Positions 6,572-17,448 are shown, counted from the stretch's first letter. The stretch: 64,000 bases of DNA from an uncultured Flavobacteriales bacterium (GCA_905478765.1 CAJQJY010000006.1:9362-73361); one strand, 5' to 3'. Program-made: numbers and translations. Notes: generated by a model from the letters alone, not told the origin.

Positions 6572-6685
6572 ATGGAAATTAATCACGATGATGGTAGCAT
6601 GAATGCTAGTGACTATTTTAAGTTTTTTGTTTTTGTAACGCTTTCTGTTATAGCTATGTATTTGTTTTATAAAGCAATGTACTAA
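6572..6685 (+). CDS. Small single-pass membrane protein (37 aa)
   Basis: MEINHDDGSMNASDYFKFFVFVTLSVIAMYLFYKAMY*, with a hydrophobic helix. Missed by the ORF track. Confidence 0.45.
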   Translation: MEINHDDGSMNASDYFKFFVFVTLSVIAMYLFYKAMY

Positions 6686-6837
6686 ATTCAGTATTATCAC
6701 TCTTATAAAAACAATATAATAATAATATTGTATGGTGGATGTGCACATTATATTGAAAGTAGTGTGCTTAAATTTGAAGCTACTATAATGATGGGGAAAT
6801 AAAAATATAAACTCTTAAAAATTCTTTTTAAAGGTTA

Positions 6838-9800
6838 CTATCTAACCTTTAATTTCAATGGATCAAGCTCTCCTATCTTAGAAAAAAATTCTTTTGATAA
6901 ATCAACTTTCATTTTTCTAGAAAGTAAATCAACTTCATATTTGTTAAGATGATCAGCTACATTAAAAACTAAGGAATGTTTTCCCTTATGTTCAGAAACA
7001 ATTTGAACAACCTCTTCTACTAATTTTTTTGAAATATCATTAACATCAAGCCTTAAAATAACATCACGAACTTCTTTATCTACAATCTCTGAAAGTAAAT
7101 CAATAGAAGATATTTTAAACTCTAAATCTTCATTATAAAAACGCTTTTTTACTTTCCCACTAATATGTAACAACCAACCTTCAGTAAAAAAAGCTTTAAA
7201 GTTAATATAATCATCAGAAAATAAATAAAAACTAAATGCACCATGATAATCCTCAAAATGCAAAACACCAAATGGTTTTCCCGATTTAGTTTCTCTATGT
7301 TCAACTTTAGTAACAACTCCAGCAAATCGGATATCTTTATCCTTAACTTTTTCCATATTATTAAGCATAGCTAAATTGCCATTACAGAAATTTGAAATCT
7401 CTATTTTATAATCATCCAAAGGATGACCAGAAATATAAATCCCAACAACTTCTCTTTCTCTAGATAACAATTCCATAGTTGACCAAGGTAGGACAGGTTT
7501 AGGAACTGGAGCCTGAATACATGCCTCTACACTTTCACCAAACATATCAAACTGATTGGAATTTTCTCTATCCTTAATCTTATTCCCAAACTTAATCATT
7601 TTCTCAATATAAGTTTGACCATTATCTTCTTTAGAAAAATACTCTGAACGCTTTAAATCAAAAAGATCAAAACCACCAGCACAAACAACACTCTCCAGAG
7701 TTCTTTTATTTGCTGAACGCAAATCTACACGCGTAATGAAATCATCAAAAGTAGTGTAGTTTCCATTCTCTTTACGCTCATTTACAATTGCTTCAACTGC
7801 ACCTTCTCCCACTCCTTTAACAGCACCTAAACCAAATCGAATTTCTCCTTTTACATTTACAGCAAACTTGTAAAAACTTTCATTTACATCAGGGCCCAAA
7901 ACAGGAACTCCTATTCGCTTACATTCCTCCATATAATAAGTAATATCCTTAATGTCACGCATATGATTTGTAAGCAATGACGCCATCAACTCAGAAGGAT
8001 AATGAGCTTTTAAATAAGCCGTTTGATAAGCAATAAGAGCATAGCAGGTAGAGTGTGATTTATTAAAAGCATAAGAGGCAAACGCTTCCCAATCTGACCA
8101 AATTTTATCAACAATATTGATGTCAAATCCATTTTCAGCACAACCATCAAAAAACTTTGGTTTTAATTTATCCAGTACCGACTTAATCTTTTTTCCCATA
8201 CCTTTCCTAAGCATATCAGCATCACCTTTTGAGAAACCAGCTAACTTTTGGGAGAGTAACATCACTTGCTCCTGATAAACTGTAATACCATAAGTTCCAG
8301 CTAAATGAGATTCCATTTCAGGTAAATCATATTCAATTTCCTCAATTCCATGCTTACGCTTAATATAATTAGGAATATACTCCATAGGACCTGGACGATA
8401 CAAAGCATTCATAGCAATTAAATCATCAAATTTATCAGGTTTTAGGTGCTTTAAATGCGCCTTCATTCCATCAGATGAAAACTGAAATATTCCAGAAGTT
8501 GCTCCACTTTGGAATATTTGAAACGTTTGTTTATCATCCAATGGTATAGTATCAATATCAATTTCGATAGAATGAATTTTTTTGATAATTTTCAAGCAAT
8601 CCTTAATAATAGTAAGATTTCGTAAACCCAAAAAATCCATTTTTAAGAGCCCAGCATCCTCTACTACACTATTATCAAATTGGGTAACCATAAGATCAGA
8701 ATCCTTAGCTCTGGTCATAGGGATCAATCCCATCAAAGGTTCTGGAGTTATAATAACTCCACAGGCATGTGTTCCAGTATTCCTAACATTTCCCTCAAGT
8801 TTTCTAGCTAAATTAATTGTCTCAGCTGTTAAATCATTCCCTTCTGAAAGTGAAATTAACTCCTTTGCTCCTACCACTTGATCCCCTTTTACTTTATCTT
8901 TTAAAGTCTTTTCATCCCAGGAGAAAATTTTACCTAAGGTAGTGAAATCAGGAACTAGTTTTGCTGTCTTATCTGCTTCAAATAGTGGTAAATCCAAAGC
9001 TCTAGCCGTATCTCGAATAGAGGACTTTGCAGCCATAGTACCATAAGTAATAATTTGAGCTACATTTTCTTTTCCATATTTATTCACTACCCAATCAATA
9101 ATACGCCCCCTTCCCTCATCATCAAAATCAATATCAATATCAGGCAAGGATACACGCTCAGGATTTAAGAAACGCTCAAAAAGCAGGTCATACTTAATAG
9201 GATCAACATTTGTGATAGTTGTGCAATAAGCAACTACTGATCCAGCAGCAGAACCTCTACCAGGACCAACAGAAACATCCATATTTCGTGCTTGACGAAT
9301 GAAATCTTGTACAATAAGAAAATACCCTGGATACCCTGAATTTTCAATTACTTGCAATTCAAAGTCAATTCGCTCTTTAATCTCATCAGTAATTTCAACA
9401 TAACGTACCTTTGCCCCCTCATAAGTAAGATGTTTCAAATAAGCATTCTCCCCTCTTTTACCACCATCCTCTTTATCTTTTACATCAACAAAATCTAGCG
9501 GAATATCAAACTCAGGCAACAATACTTCACGAGCTAAAGTGTAGGGCTCAATTTTATCAATTAAATGCGTGATATTATCAATTGCCTCAGGTAAGTCAGC
9601 AAAAAGTTCCTGCATATCTTCTGATGCTTTAAAATAAAATTCCTCATTAGGAAAACCATAACGGAAGCCTCTACCACTTCCCTTAGGAGTTTCTTGCTGT
9701 TCCCCATCTTTTACACAAAGTAAAATATCATGAGCGTTAGCATCTTCTTTATCCAAATAATAAACATTATTAGAAGCAATAATTTTTACATTATACTTTT

Positions 9801-11154
9801 TTGCAAATGCAATTAAAACCTTATTAACATGGCGTTCCTCATCTAAATTATGACGATTAATTTCAACATAAAAATCATCACCAAAAGTATCAAGCCACCA
9901 TTTGAATTCTTCTTCAGCTTGGCCTTCTCCAACATTTAAAATAAGATTTGGAATTATACCATAAGTGCTACCCGTTAAGGCAATCAAATCATTCTTATGT
10001 GAGGCAATTAATTCTTTATCTACTCTAGGTACATAATAAAACCCCTCAACATTTCCTAAGGAAGAAAGTTTTGCTAGATTATGAAATCCATTTTTATTTT
10101 TACATAAAAAAGGAACTTGAGCCCCATAATCCTTTACTGACTTATCATAATGATTTTTGCAAACATTTAATTCACAACCTAATACTGCTTTAAGCTTAGG
10201 AGTTTCTCCTTTTTCTAAATTAGCATTTATTGGATGGCTCAATACTGCATCTATAAATTTATAAGCTCCAAACATATTAGTGTGATCGGTAAGGCCTACA
10301 GCTGGCATTCCCATTTTAGCAGCTTTATTTACTAATGCCTTAACTTCAATAGTAGCTTGTAAAATGGAAAATTGAGAATGCACATGTAAATGAGCGAAAG
10401 GAGATTCTGAAATTTCATTCACTACCTCATCAGCTCGAGATACAATAATATCATCAACTAATTGCACATTAGCTATTGGGCTATAAGGTTCAATATTTAA
10501 GCCAATTAACTCAAAGGGAGAAGGATTTAATGATTGATAATTTCTTATCTCATTAGCTGTCATTCCAGCTTTAGTAAAAGGAATAACTGACAAACGAATT
10601 AACTCCAGAAAACATCTAGCAGTAGCCTCAACATCAGCAGAAGCATTATGAGCCTCAGCAAAGGCCTCTCCAAAAAGTTTAGTATGTAATTCGGTTAAAC
10701 TTGGCCATTTAAATTTTCCACCTCTTCCTCCGGGTATAGCACAGTAATTAGTAGCGTCATCTTTAGTATCCAAAGCAGGGAAATCAGCCAACAAATTTGG
10801 CATATCTTTCCTTAATAATTCACAACCAACAATACTGTTATCAAATGAAACATTATGACCAACAACAAATTTACATTTTTCAACATCCTTCACAAACTCT
10901 GCCAATACCTCAGCTAGAGGCATACCATTTTTATTAGCTCTATCAGTAGAAATGCCGTGTATTTTTTCTGCATTAAAAGGAATATCATATCCTTCAGGTT
11001 TTATGATGTAGTTTTTAACTTCAACCAATTTTCCCTCAATATTATGTACCTGCCATGCCAACTGTACACACCTTGGCCAATTGTTAAAATCAGTTAAAGG
11101 TGCTTTCCAATTTTGTGGTAAACCTGTGGTTTCCGTATCGAATATTAAGTACAT
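6838..11154 (-). CDS. dnaE: DNA polymerase III alpha subunit with N-terminal DEDDh exonuclease domain
   Basis: FDTETTG/HNVSFD/HNASADV exonuclease motifs, PHP HLHVHS, GPGRGSAAGS, PDIDIDF, YAFNKSH. Confidence 0.97.
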   Translation of the reverse strand: MYLIFDTETTGLPQNWKAPLTDFNNWPRCVQLAWQVHNIEGKLVEVKNYIIKPEGYDIPFNAEKIHGISTDRANKNGMPLAEVLAEFVKDVEKCKFVVGHNVSFDNSIVGCELLRKDMPNLLADFPALDTKDDATNYCAIPGGRGGKFKWPSLTELHTKLFGEAFAEAHNASADVEATARCFLELIRLSVIPFTKAGMTANEIRNYQSLNPSPFELIGLNIEPYSPIANVQLVDDIIVSRADEVVNEISESPFAHLHVHSQFSILQATIEVKALVNKAAKMGMPAVGLTDHTNMFGAYKFIDAVLSHPINANLEKGETPKLKAVLGCELNVCKNHYDKSVKDYGAQVPFLCKNKNGFHNLAKLSSLGNVEGFYYVPRVDKELIASHKNDLIALTGSTYGIIPNLILNVGEGQAEEEFKWWLDTFGDDFYVEINRHNLDEERHVNKVLIAFAKKYNVKIIASNNVYYLDKEDANAHDILLCVKDGEQQETPKGSGRGFRYGFPNEEFYFKASEDMQELFADLPEAIDNITHLIDKIEPYTLAREVLLPEFDIPLDFVDVKDKEDGGKRGENAYLKHLTYEGAKVRYVEITDEIKERIDFELQVIENSGYPGYFLIVQDFIRQARNMDVSVGPGRGSAAGSVVAYCTTITNVDPIKYDLLFERFLNPERVSLPDIDIDFDDEGRGRIIDWVVNKYGKENVAQIITYGTMAAKSSIRDTARALDLPLFEADKTAKLVPDFTTLGKIFSWDEKTLKDKVKGDQVVGAKELISLSEGNDLTAETINLARKLEGNVRNTGTHACGVIITPEPLMGLIPMTRAKDSDLMVTQFDNSVVEDAGLLKMDFLGLRNLTIIKDCLKIIKKIHSIEIDIDTIPLDDKQTFQIFQSGATSGIFQFSSDGMKAHLKHLKPDKFDDLIAMNALYRPGPMEYIPNYIKRKHGIEEIEYDLPEMESHLAGTYGITVYQEQVMLLSQKLAGFSKGDADMLRKGMGKKIKSVLDKLKPKFFDGCAENGFDINIVDKIWSDWEAFASYAFNKSHSTCYALIAYQTAYLKAHYPSELMASLLTNHMRDIKDITYYMEECKRIGVPVLGPDVNESFYKFAVNVKGEIRFGLGAVKGVGEGAVEAIVNERKENGNYTTFDDFITRVDLRSANKRTLESVVCAGGFDLFDLKRSEYFSKEDNGQTYIEKMIKFGNKIKDRENSNQFDMFGESVEACIQAPVPKPVLPWSTMELLSREREVVGIYISGHPLDDYKIEISNFCNGNLAMLNNMEKVKDKDIRFAGVVTKVEHRETKSGKPFGVLHFEDYHGAFSFYLFSDDYINFKAFFTEGWLLHISGKVKKRFYNEDLEFKISSIDLLSEIVDKEVRDVILRLDVNDISKKLVEEVVQIVSEHKGKHSLVFNVADHLNKYEVDLLSRKMKVDLSKEFFSKIGELDPLKLKVR

Positions 11155-11202
11155 AGAATCGTTTTACTACATTTAAATAAGAACCGTAAATTTAGGAAAA
11201 CA

Positions 11203-11237
11203 AAAAAGTCAGCCCTTTAGTTTTAAGCTGACTTTTT
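11203..11237 (-). terminator. Intrinsic terminator
   Basis: AAAAAGTCAGC...GCTGACTTTTT inverted repeat downstream of the cysteine synthase-family gene. Confidence 0.65.
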
Positions 11238-11262
11238 AATTTGTTAGTAAGTTTTGTATTCA

Positions 11263-12237
11263 CTACATAAAATTCATTTCCTTCATCCATTCATCATTAA
11301 ATAGTTTTCCTACATAACGTGTTCCATGATCATGAAAAATTACTATAACCACATCATCCTTAGTTAATTTATCTTTCAATTGATTTAATCCAGCAATAGC
11401 ACTTCCCGCTGAATATCCTACCATAATTCCTTCCTCCCGGCTTAATCTCCTAGCCATAACAGCACCATCCTTATCAGTTACTTTTTCAAAATGATCAATA
11501 ATAGAAAAATCAACGTTTTTTGGTAGAATATCCTCTCCAATTCCCTCAGTAATATAAGAGTAAATTTCTTTTTCATCAAACTCACCAGTTTCATGATATT
11601 TCTTAAATACTGAACCAAAAGTATCTATCCCCCAAACTTTTACATTAGGGTTTTGTTCCTTTAAATATTTAGCAGTACCTGAAATAGTACCTCCTGTACC
11701 GACTCCTACTACTAAATGAGTAATTTTTCCTTCAGTTTGCTGCCAAATTTCAGGACCCGTACTTTCATAATGTGCCTTTGCATTGGAAGGATTATCATAC
11801 TGATTCACATACCATGAATTAGGTATCTCTTTAGACAATCTTTTAGATACAGAATAGTAAGATCTTGGATCATCTGGATCAACATTTGTGGGACAAACCT
11901 TAACTTGCGCACCAACTGCACGTAGGATATCCATCTTTTCTTTAGATTGTTTATCTGCTAAAACAAAAATACATTTGTAGCCTTTTTGTATTGCTGTTAG
12001 AGCTAATCCCATACCAGTATTTCCTGAAGTTCCTTCAATAATAGTACCTCCTGGCTTTAATCTCCCATCTTTTTCGGCATCTTCAATCATTTTAATAGCC
12101 ATACGATCTTTTATAGAATGACCAGGATTAAAAGTTTCCACTTTTGCTAAAACTAAAGCATTTGTTTCAACAGTTTTATTAATCCTTACTAAAGGAGTAT
12201 TTCCGATAGTTTCAAGTATGTTATTGTAGTATTTCAT
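11263..12237 (-). CDS. PLP-dependent cysteine synthase/cystathionine beta-synthase family protein
   Basis: IGNTPLV, NPGHSIKDR, TSGNTG, GTGGT motifs. Confidence 0.92.
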   Translation of the reverse strand: MKYYNNILETIGNTPLVRINKTVETNALVLAKVETFNPGHSIKDRMAIKMIEDAEKDGRLKPGGTIIEGTSGNTGMGLALTAIQKGYKCIFVLADKQSKEKMDILRAVGAQVKVCPTNVDPDDPRSYYSVSKRLSKEIPNSWYVNQYDNPSNAKAHYESTGPEIWQQTEGKITHLVVGVGTGGTISGTAKYLKEQNPNVKVWGIDTFGSVFKKYHETGEFDEKEIYSYITEGIGEDILPKNVDFSIIDHFEKVTDKDGAVMARRLSREEGIMVGYSAGSAIAGLNQLKDKLTKDDVVIVIFHDHGTRYVGKLFNDEWMKEMNFM

Positions 12238-12269
12238 TTTAAAATTTAAGAATGCAAATTTATATTTTT

Positions 12270-13493
12270 TTACTCAAATCTAATTGCTTTAATAGCTGTG
12301 ATTTTAGTAATAATTACTGATGGGACAATCAAAACTAAGTAACAAACCACTACAGTTCCAATATTTAAGAGTAAGATGTATGTTAAATCAAAATTGATAG
12401 GAACTGTATTCATGTAATAGGTAGCAGGATCCAAACTGATTAATGAGAATTTTTTCTGTAAAAAAGCAAAACTCAAAGCAATAGTATTTCCAACCAATAA
12501 GCCCTTAACTATCAAGTTGACTGCACTGTACAAAAATATTTTCCTTACACTCCAATTTGTTGCCCCTAGCGCCTTTAAGATTCCTATAGTTTTTGTTCGT
12601 TCGAGTATTAGAATAAGTAAAGCTGTAATCATATTAATAACACCAACAATAAGCATTAAAATAAGAATTACTTGCACATTTACATCTTGTAAATCTAACC
12701 AGTTAAAAATTTGAGGCGTTTTTTCCTTTATGCTTTGAGCATTCAAGTTATAAGGGGTTAAATTATAAACCTCATCAGTAATTTTATCTAAATTATCAAA
12801 ATTAGTTAACTGAATTTCAAAGCCCCCTACCTCATTATTTTCCCAACCATTTAAGGCCTGAATATGATTGATATCTCCCAACACAAACAAATTATCAAAA
12901 TCTGACATTGCTGTATTGTAAATTCCAGAAATATAGAATTTCCTTACCCTAGTAGGATTCTGAGCAAAATACATTACCAAACCATCCCCTACATTTAATT
13001 CTAAAGTTTTTGAAATGTTTTCAGAAATAAGAATTTGATTTGATTTTACACTATCATTAACTTCAAAAACTGAACCACTTACCAAATTATCCTTAAAAAA
13101 AGTCCAATCGTAATCAGATGAAATACCCTTAAGCACTACTCCTTGTATTTCATCAGCAGTTTTAATTATCCCAGCCTTAGTAGCAAAAGTACTGATGTAC
13201 TTTACCCCCTCAAGATTAGTAATTGAAGGATAGAAATCTTGCTCTATACTTATCGGCTCACTTTCATAGGACTGATTATTCGTAAAGTTAGAAATAGTAA
13301 TATGAGATCCAAAACCAATAATTTTATTAGAAATATCCTTTTTAAAGCCAGTAACAACCATAATTGAAACAAGCATAACCGCCACAGAAAGCGCAATAGC
13401 CAAAATTGCAATACGAAAAATAGGCTTGGTGTAAGTATTATTTTCTTCCTTTGCAGTAAATAATCGTTTAGCTATAAAATATTCAACATTCAT
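12270..13493 (-). CDS. Lipoprotein-releasing ABC permease, LolC/E family
   Basis: MNVEYFIAKRL start, ERTKTIGILKALGA motif, MacB/FtsX topology. Confidence 0.9.
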   Translation of the reverse strand: MNVEYFIAKRLFTAKEENNTYTKPIFRIAILAIALSVAVMLVSIMVVTGFKKDISNKIIGFGSHITISNFTNNQSYESEPISIEQDFYPSITNLEGVKYISTFATKAGIIKTADEIQGVVLKGISSDYDWTFFKDNLVSGSVFEVNDSVKSNQILISENISKTLELNVGDGLVMYFAQNPTRVRKFYISGIYNTAMSDFDNLFVLGDINHIQALNGWENNEVGGFEIQLTNFDNLDKITDEVYNLTPYNLNAQSIKEKTPQIFNWLDLQDVNVQVILILMLIVGVINMITALLILILERTKTIGILKALGATNWSVRKIFLYSAVNLIVKGLLVGNTIALSFAFLQKKFSLISLDPATYYMNTVPINFDLTYILLLNIGTVVVCYLVLIVPSVIITKITAIKAIRFE

Positions 13494-13497
13494 CTTG

Positions 13498-14637
13498 ATG
13501 GCGAAAATAAAACAAATAATCAGCATAAGTTTACTCCTACTTACTTTTAGTGCAAATGCACAAAATTTAAGATTAGGAGCCGAAAGACTTGACGCCTACC
13601 TCCCTCTGATAGAATACAAAAAAGTTGGAGTTGTAGGGAACCAAACATCTATGATTGGCAATACACATTTAGTTGATAGTTTACTCAGCTTAAGAATTGA
13701 TGTTGTAAAAGTATTTTCACCAGAACACGGTTTTAGAGGAAAAGCTGATGCAGGGGCTAAAATTGAAGATGGTATAGATAGCAAAACAGGTTTGCATATT
13801 ATCTCCCTTTACGGAAAAAACAAAAAACCTTACCCAGAACAACTAGAAGGAATTGATGTGCTGATTTTTGACATACAAGATGTAGGAGCACGATTTTACA
13901 CTTATATTTCTACTCTACATTACATAATGGAAGCAGCTGCAGAAAACAACATAAAGGTAATAATACTTGACAGACCTAACCCAAACAGCCACTATGTTGA
14001 TGGGCCAATTAGAGAAAAAGGATTTGAAAGCTTTATAGGAATGCACCCTGTACCAATTGTACACGGAATGAGCATTGGCGAGTATGCCAAAATGGTAAAT
14101 GGAGAACATTGGATTGCAAGCAACTGTCATTTAACCATTATTGAGATGGAAAATTATACTCATAATATGAGTTATGACCCACTAATAAAACCATCTCCAA
14201 ACTTACCTAATGCAAAAGCTATCAACTTATACCCTAGCCTTTGTTTGTTTGAAGGAACAACTATAAGTATAGGAAGAGGAACTGATTATCCTTTTCAACA
14301 TTTTGGAGCACCTTATTTGGAGAGTAGTTATTCATTTACACCAAGAAGTGGAGAGGGAAGTAAGTATCCCAAGCATGAAAATAAAATTTGCTTTGGAACT
14401 GATTTAAGATTTCAAGATGAATACCTCAGTGCTATTTACTTAAAATGGATAATTGAAGCATACAAACAAAGTGATGAAAAGGAAAATTTTTTCAATAACT
14501 TTTTTGATAAATTAGCAGGAACTGATAAACTCAGAAAACAAATTATTGCAGAGAAAACCCAAAAAGAAATAAAAGAAAGTTGGCAAGAGGATTTAGAAGA
14601 ATTTAAGAAAATAAGAGAAAAGTATTTAATTTATTAA
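13498..14637 (+). CDS. Exo-beta-N-acetylmuramidase NamZ family (DUF1343)
   Basis: FSPEHGFRG, FDIQDVGARFYTY, LDRPNP, PSPNLP, signal peptide. Confidence 0.9.
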   Translation: MAKIKQIISISLLLLTFSANAQNLRLGAERLDAYLPLIEYKKVGVVGNQTSMIGNTHLVDSLLSLRIDVVKVFSPEHGFRGKADAGAKIEDGIDSKTGLHIISLYGKNKKPYPEQLEGIDVLIFDIQDVGARFYTYISTLHYIMEAAAENNIKVIILDRPNPNSHYVDGPIREKGFESFIGMHPVPIVHGMSIGEYAKMVNGEHWIASNCHLTIIEMENYTHNMSYDPLIKPSPNLPNAKAINLYPSLCLFEGTTISIGRGTDYPFQHFGAPYLESSYSFTPRSGEGSKYPKHENKICFGTDLRFQDEYLSAIYLKWIIEAYKQSDEKENFFNNFFDKLAGTDKLRKQIIAEKTQKEIKESWQEDLEEFKKIREKYLIY

Positions 14638-14742
14638 AAAAAAATATAAAAATAAAGCTCGTAAATCAGCCCTTTTAATAATCTTATAACCACTTACATT
14701 TATTCCTCTTAAAAGTGCAATGTATTTTTGCATGAGAGATGT

Positions 14743-15192
14743 TTACTCTCCTAAACCAACAAACATAATGTTAACTGACTCAAATTTTAGCAAACTCATA
14801 GGAGCAATATAAAACTCATCATTTGCAGCTATCGTAGCTGGGCGAACACCTGGTTTTGGAGGCATACTCATTAATATTAATGAAGTAGGTGCATTGCAAA
14901 AAATACTGTCATTTCTTGATGAGAAATTTATTGCTCCTTCAAGAGTATTGTTTAAAGTTAAAGATTTCCCAACAAAGTCACTTTGAGAATTATCAGTCAA
15001 AGATAAATGCAGCATTTCAGTTGCACTAACATTAGTTCCTTCTTTTTTAACTTCAGGATTTTTAGATGCAAATTCTAAAGTAAGTAAATTCTCATCCAGA
15101 GTTTCAATCCTTACTTCCTCTTTCGATTTAGGATTAGAAGTACAAGAAGTAATTAATAGGATTGCAGATGCAAAAAGTAAATTCTTAGTCAT
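14743..15192 (-). CDS. Hypothetical lipoprotein
   Basis: Lipobox LITSC after a hydrophobic N-terminus. Confidence 0.75.
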   Translation of the reverse strand: MTKNLLFASAILLITSCTSNPKSKEEVRIETLDENLLTLEFASKNPEVKKEGTNVSATEMLHLSLTDNSQSDFVGKSLTLNNTLEGAINFSSRNDSIFCNAPTSLILMSMPPKPGVRPATIAANDEFYIAPMSLLKFESVNIMFVGLGE

Positions 15193-15209
15193 TTTTATTT
15201 ATTTTAAGG

Positions 15210-15695
15210 TTATTTTAAGGTTATTTTTATTTTTTCAATAATGCTGAAAACAGCTGGGCAAACTTCAATATTTTTTTCGGTTAAATTTAACAATTGATTT
15301 TGTTTTATTCTATCAGTATGCGGGAACTCTCTACATGCTTTTGGTCGAGCATCATAAATTGAACAGTAATTATCATCTCCCAAAAAAGTACAAGGTGATT
15401 TTTGTAAAACATAAAACCCATCTTCATCAATTCTTAGATACTGACTAACTAAAGCTGAAGGTTTTATCCGTAAATATTTTGCAATTCTACTAATATCTTT
15501 ATCCGTAAAAAGAGGGCTTGTTGTACTGCAACAATTTGCACATTTTAGGCAATCAGTACATTCAAAAACCTCATCATGTGCAGGATGAATAAGCTTATCT
15601 AAAACCTTGGGTTTTATTTTTTTTAATCTCTTAAAAAACTGAATATTCTCCTTACTTTTTAACTTTAATTGCTCTTTATGATTGTTTAAATCCAA
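15210..15695 (-). CDS. YkgJ-family cysteine cluster protein
   Basis: CLKCANCC and CTFL...CSIYDARPKACREFP. Confidence 0.9.
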   Translation of the reverse strand: MDLNNHKEQLKLKSKENIQFFKRLKKIKPKVLDKLIHPAHDEVFECTDCLKCANCCSTTSPLFTDKDISRIAKYLRIKPSALVSQYLRIDEDGFYVLQKSPCTFLGDDNYCSIYDARPKACREFPHTDRIKQNQLLNLTEKNIEVCPAVFSIIEKIKITLK

Positions 15696-15700
15696 TGAAC

Positions 15701-17392
15701 TTAATCTCTCTTTAACTTTCTATACTTAATACGCTTTGGAGAAATATCACCCAAACGTTTTTTACGATTTTCTTCATAGTCAGAGAAGCTACCTTCAAAA
15801 TAAACCACATTACTATCTCCTTCAAATGCTAAAATATGAGTACAAACTCTATCTAAAAACCATCTATCATGCGAAATAATAACACCACAACCAGCAAAAT
15901 TATCTAATCCCTCCTCCAATGCTCTAAGTGTATTTACATCCAAATCATTGGTTGGCTCATCCAGTAAAAGCACATTTGCCTCTTGCCTTAATGTCATAGC
16001 TAAATGCAAACGATTACGTTCTCCACCAGATAATACTCCAACTTTTTTATTTTGGTCAGAACCATTAAAATTAAACTTAGCTACATAGGCTCTTGAATTC
16101 ATCAATTTTCCGCCAACATTTACTTGTTCTAATCCACCAGTAATTTGTTCCCAAATAGTTTTTTCAGGATCAATAGCAGCATGTTGCTGGTCTACATAAG
16201 CAATTTTAACCGTCTCACCAACTTTAAAAGTTCCAGTATCAGCAGTTTCTTGCTCCATTATCATACGAAACAAAGTAGTTTTACCTGCTCCATTTGGCCC
16301 AATAACACCAACTATACCTGCAGGTGGAAGTTTGAAGTTTAAATCTTCATAAAGCAATTTATCACCAAAAGCTTTACTTACTGCTTCAGCATCAATTACA
16401 TTATTTCCTAACCTTGGTCCAGGAGGGATATACATTTCAATTTTTTCTTCTTTTTTCCTTCCTTCATCTCCTAAAAGATTTTCATAATTACTTAAACGAG
16501 CTTTTGATTTTGACCTCCTTCCTTTTGGTGACATACGCACCCAATCCAACTCCCTTTCAAGTGTTTTTCTTCTTTTACTTTCTGACTTTTCCTCTTGCGC
16601 CAACCTCTTGGTTTTTTGTTCCAACCATGATGAATAATTTCCTTTCCAAGGTATACCTTCTCCTCTATCTAACTCCAATATCCATCCAGCTACATTATCT
16701 AAAAAATATCTATCGTGAGTAATTGCAATTACAGTTCCTTGATACTCTGCTAAATGTTGCTCTAACCACATTACTGATTCTGCATCCAAATGATTGGTTG
16801 GCTCATCTAATAATAAAATTTCTGGCTCTTGCAATAACAATCTACAAAGTGCAACTCTTCTTTTCTCCCCTCCTGATAAAACAGAAATTTGAGCATCTGG
16901 TTCAGGGCATCTTAAAGCATCCATAGCAATGTTCAATTTAGTATCAATATCCCAAGCTCCTAAGGACTCTACTTTATCTTGTAAGACACCTTGTTGTTTC
17001 ATCAAAGCCTCCATTTTATCAGTATTTTCATAGTTTTCAGGTAATCCAAAAGCATCATTTATAGAATTATATTCTGCCAATGCATCAACAGCTTCTTGCA
17101 TTCCTTCCTTTACAATTTCAATTACAGTTTTACTCTCATCTAGTTTTGGTTCTTGCTCCAAGTAACCAACTTTATAACCATCAGAGAAAGTTACATCACC
17201 TTGGTATTGCTTTTCAACGCCTGCAATAATTTTTAAAAGTGTTGATTTACCAGAACCATTAAGCCCAATAATACCAATTTTAGCACCATAGTAAAATGAT
17301 AAATAAATATCTTTTAATACTTGTTTGTTGTTATTGTTGTAGGACTTAGAAAGTCCTGACATTGAAAAAATTACTTTCTTATCGTCTGACAT
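15701..17392 (-). CDS. ettA: Energy-dependent translational throttle ABC-F ATPase
   Basis: Two ABC domains, GAKIGIIGLNGSGKS, ELDRGEGIPWKGNYSSWLEQK. Confidence 0.95.
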   Translation of the reverse strand: MSDDKKVIFSMSGLSKSYNNNNKQVLKDIYLSFYYGAKIGIIGLNGSGKSTLLKIIAGVEKQYQGDVTFSDGYKVGYLEQEPKLDESKTVIEIVKEGMQEAVDALAEYNSINDAFGLPENYENTDKMEALMKQQGVLQDKVESLGAWDIDTKLNIAMDALRCPEPDAQISVLSGGEKRRVALCRLLLQEPEILLLDEPTNHLDAESVMWLEQHLAEYQGTVIAITHDRYFLDNVAGWILELDRGEGIPWKGNYSSWLEQKTKRLAQEEKSESKRRKTLERELDWVRMSPKGRRSKSKARLSNYENLLGDEGRKKEEKIEMYIPPGPRLGNNVIDAEAVSKAFGDKLLYEDLNFKLPPAGIVGVIGPNGAGKTTLFRMIMEQETADTGTFKVGETVKIAYVDQQHAAIDPEKTIWEQITGGLEQVNVGGKLMNSRAYVAKFNFNGSDQNKKVGVLSGGERNRLHLAMTLRQEANVLLLDEPTNDLDVNTLRALEEGLDNFAGCGVIISHDRWFLDRVCTHILAFEGDSNVVYFEGSFSDYEENRKKRLGDISPKRIKYRKLKRD

Positions 17393-17448
17393 ATTTTTTT
17401 TTTTTGGAGTTACAAAAGTAATTATTACTTTAGCATAAAATTTAAAAG

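Noticed and set aside
6566-6748. 60-aa minus-strand ORF
   Set aside because: Low-complexity sequence antisense to a more plausible small membrane ORF.
6838-11154. Intein in DnaE
   Set aside because: The extra length is explained by the N-terminal exonuclease. No intein splice or LAGLIDADG motifs seen.
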